Assembly (NCBI GenBank): GCA_038244085.1
Contig: JBBRTX010000018.1
Location: forward strand, 6,621-70,620
Source: Bacteroidales bacterium
GTDB taxonomy: Bacteria; Bacteroidota; Bacteroidia; Bacteroidales; FEN-979
Direction of reading: 5' to 3'
DNA: 64,000 bases
Both the position numbers and the translations under genes were made by a program. The notes under the pieces are model-generated. The model saw only the letters and a program-made list of their open reading frames with translations, had not been told where the DNA came from and ran no database searches. Below, one piece after another: positions 26,429-36,726 of this stretch (positions are counted from its first letter, which is position 1; each line of letters begins with the position of its first letter).

Positions 26429-28507
26429 ATGAGAAAGATCATTTTTTCCCTTTTGGCGCTCTGCCTCTTACCTGCCATCGCCCTGCCGCAGATTCTCGAA
26501 CCCGTAAAATGGAGTTTTAAGGTTGAACAAACCAAACCGGATGAAGCCACTTTGGTGTTGACGGCAAAAATTGATAAAAAATGGCACGTCTATTCCCAGG
26601 ATATCCCGCCCAAAGGGCCCATTCCAACAACTTTTACCTTCAAAAAAAAATCGAATTACCAGCTTGTTGGTAAAGTAACAGAATCCAAGCCCATCGAAGA
26701 GGTTGATGCCATGTTCGAAAACATGGTCCTGAAGTATTTTGCCGACAAGGCTGTTTTCAAACAAAAGATCAAGGTTCTCAGTCAAAAGGATTTTACGATC
26801 ACCGGTTCGCTTGAATTTATGTGTTGCGACGATAAACAATGTCTGCCGCCGACAGAAGTTGAATTTACCTTCAACATCAGGGGAAACCCGGCCGGAGTTG
26901 CGGTTGTGGAACAAGCTCCGGTTGTTTCAACTCCGGATACCGTGAAAAAGGATACGGTTGCCGTCGCAAAACCGGCAGCATCGATTGATCAGGATGCAAA
27001 GAATCAAAAACAATGGCTTTCAGGAGGACTTAAGGGGAACGATTCTCTTTGGTGGTTTTTCCTTTTTTCCTTCATCGCAGGTTTGTTTGCGATTGTGACT
27101 CCATGCGTTTTTCCGATGATCCCGATGACGGTTACTTTTTTCATGCATGATACGAAAAACAAACAAAAAGCGCGACTTGAGGCCATTGTTTACGGGTTAT
27201 CGATTATCTTTCTTTATACCACCATTGGAACAATTGTAGCACTGACGCTGGGAGCCAATTTTGCCAATTTCCTGAGTACACACTGGATTCCCAATGTGTT
27301 TTTCTTCCTGATTTTCCTTGTTTTCGCTGCTTCTTTTCTGGGAATGTTTGAAATTACAATGCCTAACTGGATTATTTCCAAGACGGATAAAAGGGCTGAT
27401 AAAGGAGGATATGCCGGTGCATTTTTCATGGCCTTTACTTTGGTGTTGATTTCATTTTCCTGCACAGGTCCCATTGTCGGTGCCATTCTCGTTGCCGCTG
27501 CAGGAGGCGAGGTAATGCAACCGATCATCGGGATGCTGGGCTTTTCTCTGGCCTTCGCCTTACCGTTTGCTTTATTCGCTTTTTTTCCCTCCTGGCTCGC
27601 CGGGTTACCCAAGTCGGGTGGCTGGCTGAATTCAGTAAAAGTAGTTTTAGGGTTTCTTGAATTGGCCCTGGGGCTCAAATTTCTCAGCATTGCAGATCAG
27701 ACCTACCATTGGGGCATCCTTGACCGTGAGGTCTATCTCGCCTTCTGGATCGTGATCTTCTTCCTGATGGGATTGTACCTGTTGGGGAAATTAAAATTCA
27801 ACCATGACTCGGATACGCCGTATATCAGTGTTCCCCGTTTATCCCTGGCAATCATCACTTTTACCTTTGTTGTCTATATGATACCCGGGATGTGGGGCGC
27901 TCCGTTGAAGGCCCTTGCAGGGTATCTTCCCCCGCAGCAATCCATGGATTTTGACCTGACTGCCATCATCCGGAATGAAGTCCAGGCAGGAGGCGGTATA
28001 GAGGGTAAAACAAAGATGAACCTTTGTGAACCCGCGAAATACAAGGAGTTCCTTCATCTGCCTCATCAGCTGGAAGGATACTTCGATTATGACCAGGCCC
28101 TTGCCTGTGCAAAAAAGCTGAACAAGCCCATCTTCATTGATTTCACCGGACACGGATGTGTAAATTGCCGTGAGATGGAAGCACGTGTATGGGCCGATCC
28201 TCAGGTGCTGAAACGTTTGAGGGAGAATTTCATCGTTACGGCCTTATATGTGGACGACAAGACCGAACTTCCTGAAAAAGAATGGATCACTTCCAAATAT
28301 GATAGCAAAGTAAAGAAAACCATTGGGAAGAAATATGCGGATTTCCAGATCGCCCGGTTCAATGTAAACGCACAACCCTATTATGTTTTACTTGACACTT
28401 CCGGGAATCTTCTGGTACCACCCCGGGCTTACGATCTGAATGTGGATCATTTTGTTGAGTTCCTGGATGGCGCAGTGAAAAAGTTTGGGGATAAGGCGGG
28501 AAAATAA
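26429..28507 (+). CDS. dsbD: Thiol:disulfide interchange protein DsbD family (membrane disulfide reductase with C-terminal thioredoxin domain)
   Basis: Signal peptide MRKIIFSLLALCLLPAIA, an N-terminal DsbD-alpha-like domain, a TM core with TPCVFPMIPM and SFSCTGPIVG, and a C-terminal thioredoxin fold with GHGCVNC. Start taken at ATG 26429 rather than the ORF-track start 26294, which overlaps tilS. Confidence 0.88.
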   Translation: MRKIIFSLLALCLLPAIALPQILEPVKWSFKVEQTKPDEATLVLTAKIDKKWHVYSQDIPPKGPIPTTFTFKKKSNYQLVGKVTESKPIEEVDAMFENMVLKYFADKAVFKQKIKVLSQKDFTITGSLEFMCCDDKQCLPPTEVEFTFNIRGNPAGVAVVEQAPVVSTPDTVKKDTVAVAKPAASIDQDAKNQKQWLSGGLKGNDSLWWFFLFSFIAGLFAIVTPCVFPMIPMTVTFFMHDTKNKQKARLEAIVYGLSIIFLYTTIGTIVALTLGANFANFLSTHWIPNVFFFLIFLVFAASFLGMFEITMPNWIISKTDKRADKGGYAGAFFMAFTLVLISFSCTGPIVGAILVAAAGGEVMQPIIGMLGFSLAFALPFALFAFFPSWLAGLPKSGGWLNSVKVVLGFLELALGLKFLSIADQTYHWGILDREVYLAFWIVIFFLMGLYLLGKLKFNHDSDTPYISVPRLSLAIITFTFVVYMIPGMWGAPLKALAGYLPPQQSMDFDLTAIIRNEVQAGGGIEGKTKMNLCEPAKYKEFLHLPHQLEGYFDYDQALACAKKLNKPIFIDFTGHGCVNCREMEARVWADPQVLKRLRENFIVTALYVDDKTELPEKEWITSKYDSKVKKTIGKKYADFQIARFNVNAQPYYVLLDTSGNLLVPPRAYDLNVDHFVEFLDGAVKKFGDKAGK

Positions 28508-28522
28508 GGAAGGGCAGACCGG

Positions 28523-28611
28523 TACGTAAATCGTAACGCGTGACACGTAACGCGTCAGGTTTTCTCAGTCCAAAATAATTAACCATTAATCATTAACAAT
28601 TAACCATTCAC
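28523..28611. repeat. Intergenic repeat family, copy B (expanded)
   Basis: The sequence is tACGTAAatCGTAAcgcgtgacACGTAAcgcgtcaggttttctcagtccaaaataattAACCATTAATCATTAACAATTAACCATTCac. The block order is the same as copy A (3866-3933), with the ACGTAACGCGT unit duplicated and four octamer units instead of two. Confidence 0.65.
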
Positions 28612-28708
28612 TCAGGCTGCGCGGCCTCGTCACCTCTCCGCCAGTAGGAATCAAGCCGAAAGTGGGTTATCGAAAAAACAATCACCCATCAAAGTTGGTG
28701 GAATCTGG

Positions 28709-29404
28709 TTAAATGCAATTGTTATCTGTATATCCAAAACGATAGCCAATCCCGGATTCTGTGTTTAGTAGTTTAGGTTTGCCTGGATCATCTTCAATCT
28801 TTTTTCTCAGTTGGGCTACAAAAACCCTTAGATATTGAGTTTGTTCGATGTATCCCAATCCCCAAACTTCTTTTAATAAATATTGATGTGTTAAAACCCT
28901 TCCTTCGTTCTTTGCTAAAATTGCTAAAAGTGAAAACTCTGTTGAGGTGAGTTTTACGATTTCGCTATTCTTGTGAACCGTGTGATTGGCTAAATCAATG
29001 GTTAATGAACCAAATCCGAGTATTGGTTTGTCAGTAATGTCCTGACTTTGGCGGATGGCAGACCGGATACGGGCCAGTAATTCACCGGTGCGAAATGGCT
29101 TCGACAGATAATCGTTTGCCCCGTGGTCCAGTGCTTGTATAATATCTTGCTCAGCGTTGCGGACTGAAAGGATAATAATTGGTTTTTCGTACCATTCACG
29201 CAGCTTTTTTAAAATATCAAGCCCATCCACGTCCGGTAATCCTAAATCCAGTATTATTAATAAGGGGTTTACGGTTGCTGCAGATAAAAGACCCTCTTTT
29301 CCTGTAGCAGCTTCGGTAATCTTATAGCCATTGGCCGAAAGCGTTATATCAAGCAGTCGTCGAATCTGTATTTCATCATCAATGATCAGAATATGCTCTT
29401 GCAT
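28709..29404 (-). CDS. kdpE: OmpR-family response regulator KdpE
   Basis: 231 aa with a receiver domain (ILIIDDE...LIILDLGLPDVDG) and a winged-helix output (LTSTEFSLLAIL...GIGYRF). It lies immediately downstream of kdpD. Confidence 0.9.
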   Translation of the reverse strand: MQEHILIIDDEIQIRRLLDITLSANGYKITEAATGKEGLLSAATVNPLLIILDLGLPDVDGLDILKKLREWYEKPIIILSVRNAEQDIIQALDHGANDYLSKPFRTGELLARIRSAIRQSQDITDKPILGFGSLTIDLANHTVHKNSEIVKLTSTEFSLLAILAKNEGRVLTHQYLLKEVWGLGYIEQTQYLRVFVAQLRKKIEDDPGKPKLLNTESGIGYRFGYTDNNCI

Positions 29405-29427
29405 GGTTTGTATTTTCAGTAAACGAA

Positions 29428-32133
29428 TTACGGATTGCTTTCATGGTTGATTGAAGAATCCAGGTTTTCGCTTTGGTTAATTGTTTTCACCGGCATTTTT
29501 ATTGTAAATACTGCACCACCATTCCTCCGGTTTTCTGTGGTTACGGTACCTTGATGAGCTTCAATAAACCCCTTGACGATGGATAGCCCTAATCCTGTCC
29601 CACCCGCGTTAGCGTTTTTGCCTCGATAAAATTTGTCAAAAACTGAAGATAATTCGGCTTCAGGGAATCCAATACCTCTGTCCATTACCTGTATCGTCAG
29701 GTTATCATGATCATAATAAAATTTAAGCCGGATCTGTGTTCCGGCAGGCGCATATTGTGTCGCATTTAAAACGAGATTGTAGATAGATTGTTCCATCAAC
29801 CCGTAATCCATAAACACCAAAGGCATTTCCTTGGGTATAACGATCGATAATTTAAATGGAGTCAACTCCTGTTTCAAGCTGCTATCTATTTTATTCGCAA
29901 GGTCATGAACATCACACCAATCGGGTTTGGGGGTTATTCTCCCCGATTCAAGACGCGACATATTCAACAGGTTTTCGATAAGCCTGTTTAGCCTCACCGA
30001 AGCTTTGTTTATTTCATTGTATAATTCCAGCCTGGTTTTTTCAGGATAGTCCTGCATTAAAAGCGTATCTGAAGCTCCCATAATGGTTGCGACCGGAATT
30101 CGCAGTTCATGTGATATGGAATTGAAAAGGGTTTTATATAGTTTGTCCGATTCATTAAGAACAAAAGTATTTTTAGCCACAATCCGAAGAAATTCCCGCT
30201 CGAGACTCCCGGATATTTGTGAGATAAATGCTTCCCAGAATTGTTCTTCACCCTGTGTAAATACAGCTGGTTGTTTTACAGCAATAACACCCATATTATT
30301 GTTATTTCCTGTTAAAGGATAAAAGGTATAATCGACCGATGGTAAAGTGTCAGTGTGTTTTCCAGCTTTTGAAGAATGTTTAAACACCCAGGCGGCAACA
30401 CTCATTTCGTTTTCCGATAATTTTATCTTACTATCACCGACAAGTTGGTTTTCGAGTTGGTTCAATTCGTTTTTAACAATTATAGCGCAAGCCAGCCTGA
30501 AATATTTTTGAATATACTGGGTAGCTATTTTTGATACTTCGTCGATTCCTGATGCCAGGGTTAAATCTTTGGTGAGCTGGTACAATGCGTTAGTACGTTC
30601 TTCGCGAACTCTTATCTTTTTCTCCTGTCTCCTGACCCTCGAAGTCAAAATCCCATTTATAAGGGCTATAATAAAAAACATGATAAACATAAGCGCATCT
30701 TCGGGTTGTGCGATATGCAATGTAAATTGAGGGGGGATAAAAAAATAATCCCAGATCAGAGCGCTCAGGGCTGCTGCAACCAGAATAGGACCTGTTCCGA
30801 AAAAGAGGGCAAGAATTGACACCAGGAACAGTAAAACAAATGAGACAACCTGGTATCCGATATAATCTTTAATGAGGTAACAAACAACAGACGACAAAAT
30901 GACAAGCAGGGGTATCACCAGGTATTGCCTTATGGTTGAAGTAAAAGGCGGGATGGAAATCCTATCACGGTATTTATCTTTTGACAGGCTATCGGAACCA
31001 AGAATGTACACATCAATGTTTCCGCTGTATCGTATAAGCCGGTTGACAAACCCTCCAAGCCTGAGCAAAGAAATCAGGTTACGCACGCGGGGTTTACCAA
31101 CAATGATATGGGTAATGTTTTCCTTATGGGCAAAATCAACAATGGCTTTTACAATATCATTGTTAGTAATGATCCGTACGGTGATGCCCAGTTGCTTCGC
31201 CAGTTTGATATTTTTGTCAAGTTGGTCCCGTTCTTTGGGTTTAAGCACATGCAAAGTTTCAACATAAAGCGCCTGAATGTTTGCCCCCATGGAGTAGGCA
31301 AGGGTTTTTGCCCAGCGCAGCAGTTTGCCGGAATAAGGACTTGGGCCAATGGCAACCAATAAGTGCAGCCCCGATTTCCAGGGGCCACGGATGCGCTTAT
31401 CCTGCATATAGTCATGCAACTGCTTGTCAACACGGTCGGCAGCAATTCGTAACGCCATCTCACGCAAAGCGGTAATATTCCCCTTACGGAAGAAATGCTC
31501 AATTGCCTCCCGCGACCGCTCAGGTGTGTAAACCTTCCCCTCGGACAATCGCTCCAGCAATTCTTCCGGGGTAAGGTCAACAATTTCAATTTCATTGGCA
31601 CTCTCGAAAATCTCATCGGGTATGGTCTCACGCACAATGGTGCCTGTAATCTGAGCTACTGTATCTGAACGGCTTTCAAGGTGTTGAACATTCAAGGTTG
31701 TATAAACGCTTATGCCATTCCCAAGGATTTCCTGAACATCTTGATACCTTTTGGTATGACGACTTCCGGGTGCATTGGTGTGTGCCAATTCATCCACAAG
31801 AACAATCCTTGGTTTACGGGCAATGATTGCATCCAAATCCATTTCCAGAACAGTTGTGGATTTATACTCATAGGCTTTTCTTGGAATCATTTCAAATCCT
31901 TCAACAAGGTTGGCGGTTTCTTTGCGCTTATGCGTTTCAATATACCCGATGATGATATCACAACCTTTGGACTTTTCGGTTTGTGCCGTTTGGAGCATGG
32001 TGTAAGTTTTGCCCACTCCGGCACACATTCCGAAAAATATTTTCAATTTCCCACGTTTACTTTTTTCTTCTGCTTTTACAAGAGAAGCTAAGAGTTCATC
32101 GGGATCAGGCCTGTTATCTTTGAAATCATTCAT
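29428..32133 (-). CDS. kdpD: Sensor histidine kinase KdpD
   Basis: 901 aa with an N-terminal KdpD domain (P-loop GMCAGVGKTY), a Usp domain, four TM helices, a GAF-like region, H-box SHELRIPVA and an ATPase domain (GTGLGLSIVKG). Confidence 0.93.
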   Translation of the reverse strand: MNDFKDNRPDPDELLASLVKAEEKSKRGKLKIFFGMCAGVGKTYTMLQTAQTEKSKGCDIIIGYIETHKRKETANLVEGFEMIPRKAYEYKSTTVLEMDLDAIIARKPRIVLVDELAHTNAPGSRHTKRYQDVQEILGNGISVYTTLNVQHLESRSDTVAQITGTIVRETIPDEIFESANEIEIVDLTPEELLERLSEGKVYTPERSREAIEHFFRKGNITALREMALRIAADRVDKQLHDYMQDKRIRGPWKSGLHLLVAIGPSPYSGKLLRWAKTLAYSMGANIQALYVETLHVLKPKERDQLDKNIKLAKQLGITVRIITNNDIVKAIVDFAHKENITHIIVGKPRVRNLISLLRLGGFVNRLIRYSGNIDVYILGSDSLSKDKYRDRISIPPFTSTIRQYLVIPLLVILSSVVCYLIKDYIGYQVVSFVLLFLVSILALFFGTGPILVAAALSALIWDYFFIPPQFTLHIAQPEDALMFIMFFIIALINGILTSRVRRQEKKIRVREERTNALYQLTKDLTLASGIDEVSKIATQYIQKYFRLACAIIVKNELNQLENQLVGDSKIKLSENEMSVAAWVFKHSSKAGKHTDTLPSVDYTFYPLTGNNNNMGVIAVKQPAVFTQGEEQFWEAFISQISGSLEREFLRIVAKNTFVLNESDKLYKTLFNSISHELRIPVATIMGASDTLLMQDYPEKTRLELYNEINKASVRLNRLIENLLNMSRLESGRITPKPDWCDVHDLANKIDSSLKQELTPFKLSIVIPKEMPLVFMDYGLMEQSIYNLVLNATQYAPAGTQIRLKFYYDHDNLTIQVMDRGIGFPEAELSSVFDKFYRGKNANAGGTGLGLSIVKGFIEAHQGTVTTENRRNGGAVFTIKMPVKTINQSENLDSSINHESNP

Positions 32134-32147
32134 TTTATGTATGAAAA

Positions 32148-32720
32148 TTATTTTATTTGATCCAACTTCAAATTTAGTAACAATACGTTGATTCTCACCT
32201 CGCCAAGGGATAAATACTGCGGACCCTCCGTGAGTTCCTTAATACTTTTCAGCAACTCCTCTTTTTGACCGTTATTGAAAGATCGTGCCTGGGCAATGCG
32301 ATCGATCTGTAATAAAGCGGCACGAGGTGAAATATGCGGATCGAGCCCGCTGGCTGAAGCAAACAGCATTTCAGAAGGTACTTCGGTAGTACTGTCAAGA
32401 TTGTTGAAAGCAATAAAATGTTGTTTCCGGTTTGTAAAAAGGAGTTTCAGATTTTTATTTGTCAATCCAAAATTTGAGCCTCCTGAAGGCAGGGAATTGT
32501 ATGATATGGCAGAGGGACGTGACATAAAATAGATGCTGCTGTCGAACTGTTGTCCAATGAGTTCGCTTCCTATCGCTTTTTTAGCTTTAAATATCATGCT
32601 ACCATTGGCTTTGGCCGGGAATGCAATTTGCGCTATTCCTGTGATAAAAAGAGGATAGATAATTCCTGTCAGGATGGTAAATACCAGGAATATTTTTAGT
32701 GAAATAATAAGTGTTTTCAT
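32148..32720 (-). CDS. kdpC: K+-transporting ATPase subunit C
   Basis: 190 aa with an N-terminal TM helix and the motifs GSELIGQQF, SGGSNFG and SASGLDPHISP. Confidence 0.92.
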   Translation of the reverse strand: MKTLIISLKIFLVFTILTGIIYPLFITGIAQIAFPAKANGSMIFKAKKAIGSELIGQQFDSSIYFMSRPSAISYNSLPSGGSNFGLTNKNLKLLFTNRKQHFIAFNNLDSTTEVPSEMLFASASGLDPHISPRAALLQIDRIAQARSFNNGQKEELLKSIKELTEGPQYLSLGEVRINVLLLNLKLDQIK

Positions 32721-32728
32721 GTTATGAT

Positions 32729-34807
32729 TTATAGATTAATCAGGAGGTCAATGATTTTTATTCCAATAAATGGCGCTATGATTCCGCCCAATCCAAATAA
32801 TAAAAGGTTACGGGTCAGGGCAGCATTTGCAGAAACAGGTTTATACCGAACCCCTTTTAAGGCAAGCGGAACCAATAGAATGATGATGATTGCATTGAAT
32901 ATGACGGCACTCAGGATTGCGCTTTGCGGTGATCCCAGGTTCATAATGTTTAAAGCCGACAATGGCCCAACACCTGTTTTGCGTGAATATAGAGAGATGG
33001 CAATGGCAGGAATGATGGCGAAGTATTTTGCAACATCGTTGGCGATACTGAAAGTGGTAAGTGCGCCTCGGGTCATCAACAACTGCTTGCCTACTTCAAC
33101 CACTTCGATCAATTTAGTCGGGTTGCTGTCGAGGTCAACCATATTTCCTGCTTCCCTGGCGGCCTGAGTTCCAGAGTTCATCGCGATACCAATGTCGGCT
33201 TGTGCCAGAGCAGGTGCATCGTTAGTCCCATCACCGATCATCCCTACCAGGTGGCCGTTTGCCTGTTCTTCCCGAATGCGGCGCAGCTTGTCTTCGGGAG
33301 TTGCTTCCGCCATAAAATCGTCAACCCCTGCTTCGGCTGCAATCGCAGCGGCTGTTAAGGCATTATCTCCGGTTATCATCACAGTTCTGATACCCATCTT
33401 CCGCAGTTCGGTAAACCGCTGCTTGATTCCTCCTTTTACAATGTCTTTCAGGTGAATGACACCGATTACCTGATTGTTTTCAGCTACGACCAATGGAGTT
33501 GCCCCTTGTCGGGCCAGGTCAGATACGATATCCTTGATCTGTTGCGGGTAAAATCCATTGTTGTTCTGCACAAAGGTGCGAATGGCTTCAGAAGAACCCT
33601 TCCGGATTTGGTGGATAGTACCATCGTTGTTTTTCAGATCAACCCCGCTCATCCTTGATTGAGCTGTAAAAGGAACGAAGGTTGCATTGAACTGATGAAC
33701 CTCGCGGCCCCGGATATTGAATTTTTCTTTGGCAAGGATAACAATTGAACGTCCTTCAGGGGTTTCATCAGACAATGAAGAAAGTTGGGCAGAATCCGCC
33801 AGTTGCTCAATTTTGATTCCCTCAGCCGGGATAAAATCGGTTGCCATGCGGTTTCCCAGGGTGATGGTTCCGGTTTTGTCAAGCAATAACACGTCAACAT
33901 CCCCGGCGGCTTCGATGGCTCGCCCGCTTGTGGCAATGACATTGCGCTGAATCAACCGGTCCATACCGCTGATGCCAATCGCACTCAGCAATCCGCCAAT
34001 TGTTGTAGGAATCAGGCATACAAGCAAGGCAATCAAAACCGGGAGGGTTAAATTGTGTGACATTGTCATTCCAGATGCCGACAGGCTGTATCCAAAGAAA
34101 GCAGGTAGTGTAGCCACCGCCAGGAGAAAGATTATAGACAGACCTGATAGCAAGATCGACAGGGCAATTTCATTTGGGGTTTTATGCCTTTTGGCTCCTT
34201 CGACCAGCGCAATCATACGGTCAATAAAAGTATTGCCTGTTTCAGTACTGATGCGGATCAGAATCCGGTCGCTTAGTACTTTTGTCCCTCCTGTGACCGC
34301 AGAACGATCACCACCGCTTTCACGGATAACCGGGGCAGATTCTCCGGTAATTGCCGATTCATCAACACTGGCAATGCCTTCCGTAACTTCACCATCCGAA
34401 GGGATTACGTCTCCCGCCTCGCATACCACAATGTCGCCAATTTTCAATTCGGTTGCAGACACAGAGATTTCCTGCTTTCCGGATATTTTCCTCGCCTTCG
34501 TCTGGGTGCGGTTTTTCCGGAGGCTTTCAGCTTGTGCCTTTCCCCTGCCTTCAGCAATCGCTTCGGAAAAATTGGCGAACAACACAGTAAACCATAGCCA
34601 GATGGCTATCTGAAGATTAAAAGAGGAAAAGCTTCCCCGGAATATACCTGCAAAAACGATGAAAGTAGTCAGTAGTGATCCAATCGCAACGATAAAAATG
34701 ACTGGGTTTTTTATTAGCAATACCGGGTTTAATTTAACGAAACTGTCACCGGCTGCTTTTAACAGGATTTTTTTATTGAAAATACTGCTTTTTAGTTTTG
34801 TATTCAT
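32729..34807 (-). CDS. kdpB: K+-transporting P-type ATPase subunit B
   Basis: 692 aa with phosphorylation site [19 protein letters not shown] and [18 protein letters not shown]. Confidence 0.96.
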   Translation of the reverse strand: MNTKLKSSIFNKKILLKAAGDSFVKLNPVLLIKNPVIFIVAIGSLLTTFIVFAGIFRGSFSSFNLQIAIWLWFTVLFANFSEAIAEGRGKAQAESLRKNRTQTKARKISGKQEISVSATELKIGDIVVCEAGDVIPSDGEVTEGIASVDESAITGESAPVIRESGGDRSAVTGGTKVLSDRILIRISTETGNTFIDRMIALVEGAKRHKTPNEIALSILLSGLSIIFLLAVATLPAFFGYSLSASGMTMSHNLTLPVLIALLVCLIPTTIGGLLSAIGISGMDRLIQRNVIATSGRAIEAAGDVDVLLLDKTGTITLGNRMATDFIPAEGIKIEQLADSAQLSSLSDETPEGRSIVILAKEKFNIRGREVHQFNATFVPFTAQSRMSGVDLKNNDGTIHQIRKGSSEAIRTFVQNNNGFYPQQIKDIVSDLARQGATPLVVAENNQVIGVIHLKDIVKGGIKQRFTELRKMGIRTVMITGDNALTAAAIAAEAGVDDFMAEATPEDKLRRIREEQANGHLVGMIGDGTNDAPALAQADIGIAMNSGTQAAREAGNMVDLDSNPTKLIEVVEVGKQLLMTRGALTTFSIANDVAKYFAIIPAIAISLYSRKTGVGPLSALNIMNLGSPQSAILSAVIFNAIIIILLVPLALKGVRYKPVSANAALTRNLLLFGLGGIIAPFIGIKIIDLLINL

Positions 34808-34819
34808 GTCAAAGTATTA

Positions 34820-36511
34820 TTAAAAAGTGATACCACCATTCAACAGCAAATGTTCCACAACAGGGCCAAGAGACAAGGCAGGAAAGTAGGTGAGACCGCC
34901 GACAATCAGGATTACGCCGATCAATAAGATCAGGAATAACCAGTTGTCGGTACGGAAGGTCCCTAAGGATGGCGGGGTGATTTTTTTACCAGCCAGGCTC
35001 CCGGCAATTGCCAGTACCGGAATAATTACCCCGAAGCGGCCAATCAGCATGACAAGTCCAAGGGTAAGGTTATAAAAGAGCGTATTTGCATTTAACCCGG
35101 CAAAAGCGCTGCCATTGTTGCCGGCAGCAGAGGTATACGCGTAGAGGATTTCGGAAAAGCCATGTGGCCCTGCATTGTTAAGGCTTGATAGCCCAAGGTT
35201 GCTGACAGAGGCCCATGCGGTAAAGATCAAAATGGCAAAACTTGTGACCAGGTTCGCAATGATGGCCATCTGCACTTCGAATGCGCCTATTTTTTTTCCA
35301 AGGTATTCGGGGGTCCGGCCCACCATCAGCCCGGCGATAAATACCGTGAGAATGATAAATACCACCATCCCGTACAATCCGGCGCCAACGCCTCCAAAAA
35401 TTACTTCACCAAGCATCATATTAATCATGGGGATCATTCCCGACAAAGGGGTTAAACTGTCGTGCATGGCATTCACGGCACCACAGGATGCATCGGTCGT
35501 AACTACCGAAAATAACACACTGTTGGTGATCCCGAACCGGGTCTCTTTACCTTCCATCAGGTGAGTGTGCCCGAAAATTGGATTGGCCGAATACTCAGCA
35601 TAGAGCGAAACGGTAAGTCCCGCCATGAAAAGGATCATCATGGCCGTAAAAATCGTCCAGCCATGCCGCCTGGAACCAACCATTTTCCCATACATATAAG
35701 TTAAAGCCGCAGGGATGAGAAAGATGGCCAGGATTTGTAGAAAATTGCTGAAAGGTGTCGGGTTTTCGAATGGGTGTGAACTATTGGCATTGAAAAAACC
35801 ACCTCCATTGGTTCCCAGTTGCTTGATGGCAATTTGAGAGGCTGCCGGACCCATCGGAATTACCTGCTGTGTTCCCTGCAGCGTTTGAACGGTTTCATAT
35901 GTTTTGAAGTTCTGGATAACACCCTGGCCGACCAAAATAACGGCAAACAATATCGATAATGGCAGAAGCACATACAACGTTGACCGTGTAAGATCGGTCC
36001 AGAAATTACCGATTTTATCCGTTGATTTCCTGGATATTCCCCGGGCGACAGCTACGATCACAGCGATTCCGGTGGCAGCGCTTAGGAAATTCTGCACGGT
36101 TAACCCGATCATCTGAACAAAATAGCTCATCGTTGTCTCACCGGCATATCCCTGCCAATTGGTATTGGTCATAAAACTTACTGCAGTATTAAATGCTGAA
36201 TGCCATGAAACATTGGGGAGGTTAGCCGGGTTAAGCGGCAACCAGGCCTGGATAAGTTGGATAAGGAATAAAAATACAAACCCGATCAAATTGAAAATCA
36301 ACAATCCCAATACATAGGTCTTCCAGTTTGACTCCTCCGAAGGATTCAATTTGATGAATTTGTACAAAAACTTCTCAAACCACCCGAACAGGGGCTGAAG
36401 AAGATGTTTTTCCCCTGTAAATACCTGGAACAGGTAACTGCCCAGGAGGGGAGTAAGCCCAATTAAAATGGCAATAAATAATATTACCTGGATTACATCT
36501 TGTGTCGTCAT
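34820..36511 (-). CDS. kdpA: K+-transporting ATPase subunit A
   Basis: 563 aa polytopic membrane protein with KdpA selectivity-filter-like segments (NTNWQGY, GTNGGGFF, SAAGNNGSAF). Confidence 0.95.
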   Translation of the reverse strand: MTTQDVIQVILFIAILIGLTPLLGSYLFQVFTGEKHLLQPLFGWFEKFLYKFIKLNPSEESNWKTYVLGLLIFNLIGFVFLFLIQLIQAWLPLNPANLPNVSWHSAFNTAVSFMTNTNWQGYAGETTMSYFVQMIGLTVQNFLSAATGIAVIVAVARGISRKSTDKIGNFWTDLTRSTLYVLLPLSILFAVILVGQGVIQNFKTYETVQTLQGTQQVIPMGPAASQIAIKQLGTNGGGFFNANSSHPFENPTPFSNFLQILAIFLIPAALTYMYGKMVGSRRHGWTIFTAMMILFMAGLTVSLYAEYSANPIFGHTHLMEGKETRFGITNSVLFSVVTTDASCGAVNAMHDSLTPLSGMIPMINMMLGEVIFGGVGAGLYGMVVFIILTVFIAGLMVGRTPEYLGKKIGAFEVQMAIIANLVTSFAILIFTAWASVSNLGLSSLNNAGPHGFSEILYAYTSAAGNNGSAFAGLNANTLFYNLTLGLVMLIGRFGVIIPVLAIAGSLAGKKITPPSLGTFRTDNWLFLILLIGVILIVGGLTYFPALSLGPVVEHLLLNGGITF

Positions 36512-36554
36512 ATTGTTTCATTTTATTTTTAAAACATCAAGGTTCCCAGGTGTT

Positions 36555-36701
36555 TCAAAATTTATCAGGTCTTACCAACGAATAAATCAGATATCCAAGA
36601 ATCAGGAGAGCTATCAATGCTCCAAGGAAATAACCTGTGGAAATACCGACCTCTATGTTTCCGGGTGTTACCAATAATAGCCTTGCATTCATAATTTTCA
36701 T
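36555..36701 (-). CDS. kdpF: K+-transporting ATPase subunit F (small hydrophobic peptide)
   Basis: Below the ORF-track cutoff. My translation is MKIMNARLLLVTPGNIEVGISTGYFLGALIALLILGYLIYSLVRPDKF. The C-terminal LGYLxYxL....F matches E. coli KdpF (..LLLGYLVYALINAEAF, from memory). It lies 43 nt upstream of kdpA. The true start may be internal (ATG 36692). Confidence 0.65.
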   Translation of the reverse strand: MKIMNARLLLVTPGNIEVGISTGYFLGALIALLILGYLIYSLVRPDKF

Positions 36702-36726
36702 TTTTAAAACGATACAAAATTGCGGC

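Noticed and set aside
28575-28611. Tandem AACCATTA-like units considered as a mini CRISPR or other spaced-repeat array.
   Set aside because: The units are 8-9 nt, directly abutting without spacers, and only 2-4 copies are present. No cas genes are in the window. This is better described as a microsatellite-like part of the intergenic repeat.
31149-31637. 162-aa same-strand alternative-frame ORF inside kdpD.
   Set aside because: The KdpD frame carries clear conserved motifs through this region. The alternative frame is Arg/Cys/Trp/Pro-rich, which is typical of an off-frame translation.
33972-34613. 213-aa plus-strand ORF opposite kdpB.
   Set aside because: It lies entirely inside the highly conserved P-type ATPase gene. 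Its product is Ser/Pro/Ala/Ile-rich without motifs, and it has no promoter box or independent signals.
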